Shown piece by piece: positions 54,647 to 64,000 of a DNA stretch of 64,000 nt. Positions within the stretch are counted from its first letter, which is position 1; the number at the start of each line of letters is the position of its first letter. A model generated the notes under the pieces. That model had not been told where the DNA came from. It saw nothing but the letters and a program-made list of their open reading frames with translations, and did not search any database. Source of the stretch: Arcobacteraceae bacterium (GTDB lineage: Bacteria; Campylobacterota; Campylobacteria; Campylobacterales; Arcobacteraceae); assembly GCA_048268245.1 (NCBI GenBank), contig JBLWVX010000009.1, positions 1 through 64,000 of the forward strand, written 5' to 3'. The translations under genes were made by a program, and so were the position numbers.

Positions 54647-55534
54647 ATACTTTTTTATAAATTTAATATTATTTAAAATTTTCACCGCAATTATTGTTAA
54701 AACTGTTCCTAATAATATTGAAATAGTAATCTGTTCATCTAAAAATAGTCCACTTAAACTTATTGCTGCAAAGGGAACTAGAAATATAAAAGAACTTACT
54801 TCGCTTGCACCTAATTTTTCAATCCCTAAAAAATAAATTGTATTTGAAAAAGTTGATGCCCCAATTGATAATACTAACATGTTAATCCAAAATATAGAAT
54901 CTAATTTTGAATATTCAATACTTATTAAATCTACAAAAAAGAATAAATTTAAAATGCAAATTATTATATATAAATAAAAGGTAAATACAATTGGAGAAAT
55001 ATTAGAAGCTTTTGAGCTTAGTATTGTAACCATTGCCCAAAGAAAAGCTGCTAAAATAAAATAAAGATTTTGTATTACTAGAACTTCATCTATATTAAAA
55101 GACCAAATATCTAACATTGTCATCACACCTATGGCACCTAAAGAAAGTGCAAAGAAATCTTTTTTTGTAATTTTTTTTGTTCCTAGTAAAGCTAAAATCA
55201 CAAATGTAATAATAGGGATTAAACTAGTTACAAATGCTCCACCTAAACTTGCTGTACCATATTTTGTACCTAAATAAAAATACTTCATATAAGCTATCAA
55301 TGCAATTGACGTAATAAAGACCCATATAAAACTTTTTAAATCTATTTTAAATGATTTTTTTAGAAATATAATAATTGGAAGCATTGTTATAGCTGTTATA
55401 AAAAATCTAAAAAACATTGTTTCAAACTCATTTAAATAACTACTTAATACTTTGATATTTACCCAAGATGCACCCCAACCTATCATGGCAAAAAAAAGTA
55501 AAAAATAAAATATATTTTTATTTGTTGTTTTCAT
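54644..55534 (-). CDS. DMT/EamA family transporter
   Basis: Highly hydrophobic; GWGASW, RFFI and GIEKLGASEVSSFIFLVP motifs. Confidence 0.88.
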   Translation of the reverse strand: MKTTNKNIFYFLLFFAMIGWGASWVNIKVLSSYLNEFETMFFRFFITAITMLPIIIFLKKSFKIDLKSFIWVFITSIALIAYMKYFYLGTKYGTASLGGAFVTSLIPIITFVILALLGTKKITKKDFFALSLGAIGVMTMLDIWSFNIDEVLVIQNLYFILAAFLWAMVTILSSKASNISPIVFTFYLYIIICILNLFFFVDLISIEYSKLDSIFWINMLVLSIGASTFSNTIYFLGIEKLGASEVSSFIFLVPFAAISLSGLFLDEQITISILLGTVLTIIAVKILNNIKFIKKY

Positions 55535-55575
55535 AATACCTCTTTATAATTAATAAAAAAGTCTATCTAAGCTTG

Positions 55576-56376
55576 TTAATTTTTGTATAGAATAAAGTTG
55601 CGGTTTTCATTTATCCATGTTGGTGAGAAATCAAAGATTCGTTTAAAGTTTCTATTAAAGTGAGATTGATCATTAAACCCAGATTCAAGTGAAGCATCTA
55701 CTATACTATATCCTTTTTCTATTAAGGCTCTTGCATTTTCTACTTTTGTATTTATTATATATTGATGCGGAGTTAGTCCAGTTTCTTCTTTAAATATTCG
55801 TATAAAGTGATATTTACTTAAACCTATGTTTCTTGATAACTCATCTAAAGTTGGAGAATTATATAAAGTATCATTTATAAACTCTATACTTTTTGAAATA
55901 ACTTCATTATTATTAAAATTGCTATCTAAATCTTTGCCAACACTTGTGTAGTTTTTAATTAAATAAGCTAAAGCATCAATACAATGTGTTTCTAACACAA
56001 TATAATGTTGTTTATAAATTATCGACTTAAAAACATTTTTTAGTTTAGAATATAATGTAAAATCATCAATAATATGCTTTTCAAATATAGGTATTTTCTT
56101 TTCATCAAAAATCTCAAAATAAATTTCACTCATTAAGTCAATAGATGGATAAAAATAATGATTAAACCAATCTTGGGATAATCCTCCATGAAGTTCGTAT
56201 GGATTATTTACTCTTGTTGAATTTGCATAAAAAGTGAAAGTATTATTTTTATTTTTTGATTTATATAATCCCTTATGAGTAATACCTATTGAGTAAGTAT
56301 TATGGAAATGCATATCAAAATTTTTATTTGATTGTTTAACATTAGTAAAAAGAATATTATTCAATAACTTATTCAT
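55576..56376 (-). CDS. AraC family transcriptional regulator
   Basis: HFHNTYSIG cupin; LSKYHFIRIFKEETGLTPHQY and GFNDQSHFNRNFK HTH motifs. Confidence 0.93.
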   Translation of the reverse strand: MNKLLNNILFTNVKQSNKNFDMHFHNTYSIGITHKGLYKSKNKNNTFTFYANSTRVNNPYELHGGLSQDWFNHYFYPSIDLMSEIYFEIFDEKKIPIFEKHIIDDFTLYSKLKNVFKSIIYKQHYIVLETHCIDALAYLIKNYTSVGKDLDSNFNNNEVISKSIEFINDTLYNSPTLDELSRNIGLSKYHFIRIFKEETGLTPHQYIINTKVENARALIEKGYSIVDASLESGFNDQSHFNRNFKRIFDFSPTWINENRNFILYKN

Positions 56377-56461
56377 TTTTTATTGTACTATAAAGAAAGT
56401 GATTTTTACTATTTGACACTTCTACTTTATATTTATTAAATAAATATAAATACATACAAAT

Positions 56462-57082
56462 TTAATAAGTAGCCATGATCCTATCTACATCATTCCAAGA
56501 AAGTTCATCTTTTTTATCTTGAGTTCCTTTGAACATATTATAAACATATCTAGCAAACATATCTGTTTCTAGGTTTACTTTTGTTCCAACTTTATATCTT
56601 TTAAATAAAGTATTCTCAATTGTATGTGGAATGATTGTAAGTCTAAATGAGTCTTTCATCACATCATTTACAGTAAGTGAAACTCCATCTATCGTCACAC
56701 TTCCTTTTGGAATAATATATTTTGAGTATTCACTTGGAAGTGATACATAAAAATCAGTTGAATTTCCATTGTTTTTAATAGCACTAATAGTTCCTAAACA
56801 ATCAACATGACCTTGAACAATATGCCCTTCAAACCTATCACCCATCATCATAGCAGGTTCTATATGAACCTCATCTTTGTAGTTTTCCATGGCTAAAATC
56901 TTTTGAGATTCAGGTGAAAGCTCAACTGTAAAAGTATCACTTGTATATCTAACTACCGTTAAACATGCACCATTTACAGCTATAGAATCCCCTATTTTTG
57001 GGCTATATTTTGCTTTTAATGTTAAGAAGTTATTTTTAAGACTCACTACCTGAGCCATCTCTCTTATAAGTCCAGTAAACAC
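56462..57082 (-). CDS. ribE: Riboflavin synthase (alpha chain)
   Basis: MFTGLI, GDSIAVNGACLTV, GHIVQGHVD and KGSVTIDGVSLTV motifs. Confidence 0.96.
   Translation of the reverse strand: MFTGLIREMAQVVSLKNNFLTLKAKYSPKIGDSIAVNGACLTVVRYTSDTFTVELSPESQKILAMENYKDEVHIEPAMMMGDRFEGHIVQGHVDCLGTISAIKNNGNSTDFYVSLPSEYSKYIIPKGSVTIDGVSLTVNDVMKDSFRLTIIPHTIENTLFKRYKVGTKVNLETDMFARYVYNMFKGTQDKKDELSWNDVDRIMATY
56464..56483. repeat. Direct repeat, right copy (current ribE 3' end)
   Basis: AATAAGTAGCCATGATCCTA. Confidence 0.75.
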
Positions 57083-57307
57083 TGTATTCCTTCATATTTT
57101 ATATACGATATAGTATCTAATAACATTTAATTTCTAAATTAAGCATTAAATCTTAAAAAAAATTAAAATATATTTGGAATAATCATATTTTTTTGGTATT
57201 ATACGAAAAAAATATTCTGAAGCTTATTTTCAATAAAATCACTATTCAAAAATGCTTCATTTAACTTAAAATATATTAATAATTACTATTCAATTTTTGG
57301 AGAACTT

Positions 57308-59179
57308 ATGAAATACGATATTATCGTTGTGGGTGGAGGACATGCTGGTATTGAAGCAGCCTTAGCATCTGCAAGAATGGGTAAAAAAACCCTACTTATT
57401 ACAATGTTAGTAGAGCAAATTGGTGCTGCTTCTTGTAATCCTGCTATTGGTGGACTTGCAAAAGGGCACCTAGTTAGAGAACTAGATGCCTTAGGTGGAG
57501 AGATGGGTCTATGTACTGATGCTACAGGTATCCAGTTTAGAATCCTAAATGCCTCAAAAGGTGCAGCAGTCCAAGGAAGTCGAGCTCAAATTGATATGGA
57601 TAAATATAGAGAGTATATGAGAAAGGTTTGTCATAACACTGAGAACCTTGAAGTATACCAAGATGAAGTGAGTGAACTTCTAATAAATGAAAACAAAGAA
57701 GTTTACGGTGTAAAAACTAGACTTCAAGAAGAGTTTGAAGCTTCAAAAGTTATCCTTACAACTGGTACATTTATGAAAGGACTTATTCACATTGGTGAAA
57801 ATAAGTACGATGCAGGTAGAGCATGGGAGCTTCCATCATCAACTTTATCTATTCAGTTAAAAGAGCTTGGATTAAATGTAGGAAGACTAAAAACAGGAAC
57901 ACCTGCAAGAATTGATGGAAAATCAATCAACTTTGAAAACATGGAAATGCACGGGGGAGATGTAAACCCAGCACCTTTCTCTTTTAGAACAAATAAAGAA
58001 GAGTTTAGCCCTACTCAATACCCATGTTATATCACATACACAAACCTTGATACACATGAAACTATTAGATCTAACTTTGATAGAACTCCACTATTTACAG
58101 GTCAAATAGAAGGTACAGGTCCTAGATATTGTCCTAGTATAGAAGATAAAGTAAATAGATTCGCTGAAAGAGATAGACACCAACTATTCCTAGAACCACA
58201 AACATCTATGTGTACAGAATACTACATAAATGGTCTTTCAACTTCACTTCCTATTGATGTACAAAAAGAGATGATACACTCAATCGTTGGACTTGAAAAT
58301 GCAAAAATCATTAGATATGGATATGCTATTGAGTATGATTATGTTGATCCTACTGAGTTAAAACACACCTTAGAAACTAAAAAAGTTAAAAACCTTTACA
58401 ACGCAGGTCAAATTAACGCAACTACAGGTTATGAAGAAGCTGCAGCACAAGGACTAATGGCAGGTATCAATGCATGTTTAGCAATAGATGGAAAAGAACC
58501 ATTTGTACTTAGACGTGATGAAGCCTACATTGGAGTTTTAATTGATGACTTAGTTACAAAAGGAACAAATGAACCATATAGAATGTTCACAAGTAGAGCA
58601 GAATACAGACTTCTTTTAAGAGAAGAAGGTGCTGATTTAAGACTTAGTCCTTATGGTTATGAATTAGGTCTTATCAATGATGAGACAATTGAAAAAGTAA
58701 ACTTCAAACAAAAAGTTATTGATGAATCAATAGAATTTATGAAAAATGAATGGTTTACATCTAAAAAAGAGAACCTTGAACTGCTTGAAAGATTAGGACA
58801 AGATAAAATCAAAGATAGAGTACTTTTAATTGATATTGTTGGAAGAAGTACTGTTAAAATTGAACATCTTGATGAGTTCTTGCCACAATATGCTGACTTA
58901 TCAGACTATTTAAAAGAGCAAATCTTAGTAGAAGCAAAATACTTTAGATATGTAGAAAAACAAAAAAAGCAAATTGATAAGATGAAAAAAATGCTTAAAA
59001 TGACAATTCCAGAAGACTTTGACTTTAGTCAGATTTCAGGCTTATCAAATGAAGCAGTGGAAAAACTTCAAAAGTTCAGACCACCTACTCTTTTCAATGC
59101 AAGTGAGATTTCAGGAATTACACCTGCTGCTATTGATGTTATTCATATGTATATGAACCTTAAATGTGAAAAGCAGTAA
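57308..59179 (+). CDS. mnmG: tRNA uridine-5-carboxymethylaminomethyl synthesis enzyme MnmG (GidA)
   Basis: [41 protein letters not shown] and [14 protein letters not shown] motifs. Confidence 0.98.
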   Translation: MKYDIIVVGGGHAGIEAALASARMGKKTLLITMLVEQIGAASCNPAIGGLAKGHLVRELDALGGEMGLCTDATGIQFRILNASKGAAVQGSRAQIDMDKYREYMRKVCHNTENLEVYQDEVSELLINENKEVYGVKTRLQEEFEASKVILTTGTFMKGLIHIGENKYDAGRAWELPSSTLSIQLKELGLNVGRLKTGTPARIDGKSINFENMEMHGGDVNPAPFSFRTNKEEFSPTQYPCYITYTNLDTHETIRSNFDRTPLFTGQIEGTGPRYCPSIEDKVNRFAERDRHQLFLEPQTSMCTEYYINGLSTSLPIDVQKEMIHSIVGLENAKIIRYGYAIEYDYVDPTELKHTLETKKVKNLYNAGQINATTGYEEAAAQGLMAGINACLAIDGKEPFVLRRDEAYIGVLIDDLVTKGTNEPYRMFTSRAEYRLLLREEGADLRLSPYGYELGLINDETIEKVNFKQKVIDESIEFMKNEWFTSKKENLELLERLGQDKIKDRVLLIDIVGRSTVKIEHLDEFLPQYADLSDYLKEQILVEAKYFRYVEKQKKQIDKMKKMLKMTIPEDFDFSQISGLSNEAVEKLQKFRPPTLFNASEISGITPAAIDVIHMYMNLKCEKQ

Positions 59180-59232
59180 AAATTGATAATGTGCAGTAAA
59201 AAATGATAATATATATGCTAAAACTTGATAAT
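59165..59232 (+). repeat. Tn7-like transposon end: terminal TGT plus three TnsB-type binding repeats
   Basis: TGTGAAAA (59165-72), then GCAGTAAAAATTGATAAT (59173-90), GCAGTAAAAAATGATAAT (59193-210) and ATGCTAAAACTTGATAAT (59215-32). Confidence 0.75.
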
Positions 59233-59248
59233 GAAAGTTTAAAATAAC

Positions 59249-60946
59249 ATGTCACAGAATAAAAGTATCATCCCTGAATTTATGTCAAATAATCCAACTG
59301 ATACTTTTAAATTTCTATTCCCTCTAAAACTTAAACTTGATGAAGATAAGTTTGGGAATAGTCATTATGAAGTTGTTGTAAAAAACCTTACAAAAAAAGA
59401 AGTTTTTACCTACGAAGTTTCCCCTGAATTATTATTTACACACTTTCCTTTACATAAATCATTTAAAAATGGTGATAATACAGGTGATGAAATACATGAA
59501 GATACTTTCACTATAAATTCAAAAAATATAAATAGTGAAAAAGAAAAAAAACTAAAAAATATACTCTCAAAAAATCAAATTGGAACACTTCTTGGTTGGA
59601 GTTTTAAATACATTGATATTGCAAAAAATATTAATTGCTATTTAGTTGAGCATGAAAACTTTAAATTAATAATCCCTCATTATGCTATAGGAATCTACTA
59701 TTACTTTAGATTTTCAGAGTTAAGAGAAGCTGCATTAGAATGTAATATTGAAGATTTATATGTAATGTGTGACGATAATAGAAGTAATGCAAAAATCGTA
59801 TTATCTAGTCCTAGAACAGATGCAGATGCAGCCTTCATTCATAGGTTTGCTTGTCAAAAAAACGCTTCTAATGAATTTGATAATATTGGTAGATATATAC
59901 ACAATTATTTATCTTTTATGAGACATGAAGATATAGATAAAGAACCTGGAGATATTCATTTAAAAATTAATTTTCCTACTAAAGAGATCTTCCAAATTGA
60001 TGCAAGAGTGTCTCATTTTAAAGATGAAAAAACAGAAGAAGAATATTACTATATTCATGAAATAACAAATGATAATTCAGATATTGGATTTGATAAATTT
60101 ACAAAAATTATTGAACAAAATAAAAATATCACTTCTATTGATAATTTAGAAAATTTATCAAAAGTAGACAGAGAAGTACCAGATGAAACAACAGAAAAGC
60201 TAAAAGTAATTGATGCTAATAAAAAGTACGCCAGAACAAAGCATCATAAAGATAGAAAAAAAAGTTGTGGAAGTTTAAACAATATAGAAATTAATCATGA
60301 AACATTAACAAAGGCTGTTGTTGAAGACTTATTAAAAATATATAAAGAGCAAGAGGATGGGAATAAGGTTGACCAAAGCCTTACAGAATCATCTAATAAA
60401 GGTGATGTTAATACTAGAAGAGTAATCATATCAAGTGAGTTTCTAAAAAAAGAACAAAAACCTCTTAATGAAATAGAAAACTTCAATGTTTTTAGACAGT
60501 ATATAAACTTTTTAAAACAACAATCTAATATAAAAGAATTAATAATATTTGATGTTAAAAACTTACCTGAGTTTAAAATTAAAAAAAATGGCGAGGAAAA
60601 AGTCAATACTAAATGTAAAATAAAAAGACGTTTAAGACAATATTTAACTTGTACCTTCAAATATGAAAATTTATATGTTGGACTATTAGAATTAGAAAAC
60701 TACCCTTCATCTGCTGCTTCGTCATGGGTTATAATTTCAGATAAACCTGTAAATAGTTATACTTTTGAAAAGTTTATTAAATTATATATAAAAGATAACA
60801 TGTCTATTCCTGAGATTGTATCAAAATATAAAAATTCTAACCCTAAGTTTTCGAAAAAGAACCATGAAAGAAATAAAAAGCTAGATAAGATGCAACTTGC
60901 AAGATGGTACATAGGGTTATTAGGAAAAATTAATTTAGGTGGTTGA
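59249..60946 (+). CDS. TnsE-like Tn7 target-selection protein
   Basis: 565 aa; colinear blocks recall Tn7 TnsE (FTHFPL, LIIPHYAIGIYYYF, YYIHEI, NFNVFRQYINFLK, GLLELE, KNH, LARW), compared from memory only; sits next to the transposon end. Confidence 0.62.
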   Translation: MSQNKSIIPEFMSNNPTDTFKFLFPLKLKLDEDKFGNSHYEVVVKNLTKKEVFTYEVSPELLFTHFPLHKSFKNGDNTGDEIHEDTFTINSKNINSEKEKKLKNILSKNQIGTLLGWSFKYIDIAKNINCYLVEHENFKLIIPHYAIGIYYYFRFSELREAALECNIEDLYVMCDDNRSNAKIVLSSPRTDADAAFIHRFACQKNASNEFDNIGRYIHNYLSFMRHEDIDKEPGDIHLKINFPTKEIFQIDARVSHFKDEKTEEEYYYIHEITNDNSDIGFDKFTKIIEQNKNITSIDNLENLSKVDREVPDETTEKLKVIDANKKYARTKHHKDRKKSCGSLNNIEINHETLTKAVVEDLLKIYKEQEDGNKVDQSLTESSNKGDVNTRRVIISSEFLKKEQKPLNEIENFNVFRQYINFLKQQSNIKELIIFDVKNLPEFKIKKNGEEKVNTKCKIKRRLRQYLTCTFKYENLYVGLLELENYPSSAASSWVIISDKPVNSYTFEKFIKLYIKDNMSIPEIVSKYKNSNPKFSKKNHERNKKLDKMQLARWYIGLLGKINLGG

Positions 60947-61318
60947 TTTTTTATATATTCTAACAAAACCTTTCTTTTTCAAGTATTTAATAACTTTTAT
61001 TACTTCTTTTTACTTTATTTTCTATGAGGATCAAATATTACATAGAATCATATATGAATGATAAAGATAAAATTAGAGGATATTCAAATAAACAAAAAAA
61101 TAAAACTACTAAGTTTTATAGATAATAAGTAAAAGTAAAGTAAGTGATAATACTTTCAAGTTTTTTAAAGTACTATTTTGAGAAGGATCTATCGATATTA
61201 ACTGTAAAAAGAATGTTAACCTAAAATTTAAAATTAAATATCATAAAAGAGTTAACCTTTTAGAAAAAACATATATTGACTTGAGATATAAATATTCCTA
61301 GTAAAATCACTATATAAC

Positions 61319-61909
61319 TTATTTAAGACTATTTGAAAAATCCATCATTAAATGAAATAATTTTAATGAGGAATGATTTGATGAATATAATTTATTAGAT
61401 TCTATAGAATTTAAAGAAATAGACATTTTATTTAAATTTTCATCAATATCTATTTTTTCTACTATAAAGCCAAGCATAGCATTTAATCCATAATAACTTG
61501 AATAATATCCTGTTAAAAACCTATCTACACCATTAGTAATATAGTGATTATTTAAAGTTGACTTTCCATCTAACCTTTTACATTCAATTATGTAGTAAGC
61601 CTTATAATTCTCAAAATCATTAATATCTTTAATTTTTAAATCTACTCTTCCTGTCTTCTCATCAACTTCTTTATCTAATAAAAAGCCATAAATATTACAA
61701 ATTTCATTCCTAATTTTTGTCTCAGAAATATATTCATATAAAGTATCTCTAATTTTATTTTCATCATTCTTAGGTACTTTTACCTTATCAGCAATCATAT
61801 ATTCATAGCAACTATAAATATTAAGTAATAGGTTTTTAAATGTATTTTCATATATTGTCTCTGATTGAATAAAAGCAGTAGCATCTAAATCTAATTCTAA
61901 TTCTTCCAC
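61319..61909 (-). CDS. PD-(D/E)XK-fold putative nuclease
   Basis: E....GRVDL...IIECKRL catalytic-type motif; overlaps the 3' end of the methyltransferase gene. Confidence 0.55.
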   Translation of the reverse strand: MEELELDLDATAFIQSETIYENTFKNLLLNIYSCYEYMIADKVKVPKNDENKIRDTLYEYISETKIRNEICNIYGFLLDKEVDEKTGRVDLKIKDINDFENYKAYYIIECKRLDGKSTLNNHYITNGVDRFLTGYYSSYYGLNAMLGFIVEKIDIDENLNKMSISLNSIESNKLYSSNHSSLKLFHLMMDFSNSLK

Positions 61910-64000
61910 TGATTTCTCCCTGCTTTTAATATCGCATTTTTAAACTCATTAAAATCCAAATAACCTACAGCTTTGTGCCAGTTTTTATACTCATTAGGTT
62001 TAACTACATAAAAACCATTCTTTTCAAAACCTTTAATATCCTTCTGTATAAATAAACTTTCTAAAGATTTGGATCCTGATAGTTTTATAAAATTATCTAT
62101 ACTTTTTTCTTCAACCCAGTCTATATTTTTTGAACTATCGCAACTGTTAGTAATTGAAAAAAACATACAGATAGCATATTTATTATAGATAACTTTTACA
62201 TTTAAATACTTTTTTTCATTTTTAAAAATATCTGAAAAATAATTAATATAAATATCCAAATATTCTATTAACATATTTTTATCTCTTTGTTTTGATAAGT
62301 TTAAACCTTTAAAAACTTTAGAGAAATCTTTTTTCATAATCCAAGGTATTAACACCTCTTGAGAATAAGATATTAATGTTTTTTCTTGTTCATTTAAATT
62401 AAAATCATTTAATACACTTTTATCCAAGTCATTTTTTAGTCTTCTAAGTTTTGTCTCGTCAGGTAATAAAATTTCTTCTTTAAAAAAATTTTCAATTTTC
62501 TTTACTAAATTAATAGTTTTTTTACTAAAAATAAAAGGAACACCAAACTTCTCAAAATTATGAACCTGTTCCCTTTCTGTTCCAATTGAAGATGCTGTAT
62601 GAATCATAATATACTTAAAAATAGATGAATTTAAGATACCCATAATATTGTATAAAGTATCTTTATCTTTGCATTTCACAGCTGTAATGGAATCTTTAAA
62701 AATCGAATCTCTATTTAAAACTCCCATTTTTAATTCAAGCTCTCTACTTATTCCTTTTGATATCAATAAAGAGGGTGCCTTAAACAACTCTAAATCTTTA
62801 GCCCTATGAACTGATTTTGTTTCCCACTTCTTATCACTTTCTCCAATATAGCAGATTTTAAACTGTTTTGTTTCTACAAAAGGCATACCAATATATTTAG
62901 TTGCATCATTATCATCACAGCCATTCTCGATAATTCCCTGTTTTGCATCTTCATAATTATTTTCAATATTACTGTAACTTTTAAATTTCTTTATCAATTC
63001 AAAATCTAAATAGTTTCCATAAATTAATGTTTTCCATAAATAATCATTTTCAATCAGTTTTTGCTGTAAAACTTTTTTATAATCCTGCTTTGAAATAAAT
63101 AACATTTTTAATTTATTAAAAAATGGAGTTGGTTTTACGGATATATATTTTATCAACTGATTTTCATTTGTTCCTAGCTTGTAAAACATTACTAAAACAG
63201 GTGTTGTCGCTGTAGGAAAAACTTCATTTCTTACAGAAGATAACTCTAATATATGATCAATTGAATAATTTGATAAGAAATATCTTCTAAAATCTCTAGA
63301 TTGTACATTATAAAAATTTTTACTGTTTAAAATAAACGCAATTTTTGATTTTTTTATAATATCACTTGCTCTAAGCATAAAAGCTTGAGAAATTTCTTTA
63401 TTTCCAATTTTTACATTATCATATGATTTTTTTCTATAATTCAAATATTCAGTTAAAATTTTAGAATTCCCAGCACCTCTTTTATATGGAGGGTTTCCTA
63501 TCATAAAATTAAAATCTATATTTTCTAGAATTTTATTGTAATCTGCAGAATAATCAAAAAAATCTGCATTAAAAAAATTTGCTTTAGGGTTTTTATTACT
63601 TTCAAGTAAATAAGGAAATTTAAACTCTTCTATATCTTTAGGTTTTAAATAATCTAACATTGTTAGATATAATGAAAAAACACTAATCATTACTGCATTT
63701 TTATCCTTATCTATTGCATATATATTCTCTTCTACTAAATGCTTGATTTCAGAAGGCTTAATTAACCTTTTTTTAATTTTCTGAAACTGATGAATTAACT
63801 TTCTTAATGTTTCCACTAAAAAAATTCCACTTCCACATGCAGGGTCTATAACTTTACAAGAATATTTCTCTGGGTTATTATTAAAATATTCGTCAACTGT
63901 ATGTTTTAAAATATAGTCTACTAAGAAAGTTGGGGTATAAAACGCTCCATTTTTAGATTGTGTTTCTTCTCCTATGAAGCTTTCATAAACATTTGATATA
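61897..64000 (-). CDS. N6-adenine DNA methyltransferase, type IIG/Eco57I-like, with C-terminal specificity region (5' end outside window)
   Basis: Frame is open to the window edge: GAFYTP, motif I VIDPACGSGIFL (63817-63852, upstream of the track start) and motif IV IGNPPY. Confidence 0.88.
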   Translation of the reverse strand, partial: ISNVYESFIGEETQSKNGAFYTPTFLVDYILKHTVDEYFNNNPEKYSCKVIDPACGSGIFLVETLRKLIHQFQKIKKRLIKPSEIKHLVEENIYAIDKDKNAVMISVFSLYLTMLDYLKPKDIEEFKFPYLLESNKNPKANFFNADFFDYSADYNKILENIDFNFMIGNPPYKRGAGNSKILTEYLNYRKKSYDNVKIGNKEISQAFMLRASDIIKKSKIAFILNSKNFYNVQSRDFRRYFLSNYSIDHILELSSVRNEVFPTATTPVLVMFYKLGTNENQLIKYISVKPTPFFNKLKMLFISKQDYKKVLQQKLIENDYLWKTLIYGNYLDFELIKKFKSYSNIENNYEDAKQGIIENGCDDNDATKYIGMPFVETKQFKICYIGESDKKWETKSVHRAKDLELFKAPSLLISKGISRELELKMGVLNRDSIFKDSITAVKCKDKDTLYNIMGILNSSIFKYIMIHTASSIGTEREQVHNFEKFGVPFIFSKKTINLVKKIENFFKEEILLPDETKLRRLKNDLDKSVLNDFNLNEQEKTLISYSQEVLIPWIMKKDFSKVFKGLNLSKQRDKNMLIEYLDIYINYFSDIFKNEKKYLNVKVIYNKYAICMFFSITNSCDSSKNIDWVEEKSIDNFIKLSGSKSLESLFIQKDIKGFEKNGFYVVKPNEYKNWHKAVGYLDFNEFKNAILKAGRNQWKN

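Larger units (their letters stand above)
59165..64000. mobile_element. Tn7-like element inserted at the 3' end of mnmG (continues beyond window)
   Basis: End architecture, TnsE-like gene and defence-type cargo; second end and tnsABC not in window. Confidence 0.68.

Noticed and set aside
59173..59232. Repeats after mnmG as a CRISPR array or terminator
   Set aside because: Spacing is only 2-4 bp, the repeats are direct rather than inverted, and there are no cas genes; a transposon end fits better
60947..61318. Possible mini-CRISPR, second transposon end or 33-codon ORF (61024-61125) in the gap after the TnsE-like gene
   Set aside because: Only a short AAAAGA(AT)GTTAACCT pair and weak GATAAT matches in very AT-rich DNA; no inverted end with terminal ACA; the ORF lacks an RBS and recognisable motifs
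61319..61909. The PD-(D/E)XK ORF as TnsA
   Set aside because: It is coupled to the methyltransferase, lies opposite the TnsE-like gene and has no adjacent tnsB
61897..63816. Track start of the methyltransferase at 63816, implying loss of motif I
   Set aside because: The frame continues without a stop to the window edge and contains DPACGSG; the gene is simply cut by the window

Overview
AT-rich chromosomal window from a Campylobacterota bacterium, most likely Arcobacteraceae (inferred from gene content and order). Left to right: the 3' end of a flagellin gene, two divergent Maf-type flagellin glycosyltransferases and a pseudaminic-acid (pse) cluster; then core genes (recA-eno-ftsB, bioB, topA, murB, mqnD, a 14-gene Campylobacterota-type nuo operon, nfo, queH-lpxB-fabZ-lpxA-clpX-mreBC, ribE, mnmG). 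Two things stand out. (1) The pse cluster has no pseH acetyltransferase. In its place are comB-comA (sulfolactate synthesis), an ATP-grasp ligase and a methyltransferase, predicting a sulfonated (sulfolactoyl) nonulosonate flagellar glycan. (2) A Tn7-like transposon end (TGT, 8-bp terminus, three 18-bp repeats) begins inside the last codons of mnmG. It is followed by a TnsE-like gene and a methyltransferase/PD-(D/E)XK nuclease cargo pair, pointing to mnmG as an attachment site. A small AraC+DMT cassette flanked by a duplicated ribE 3' end is also visible. All protein assignments come from motif recognition by eye; no database searches were run.
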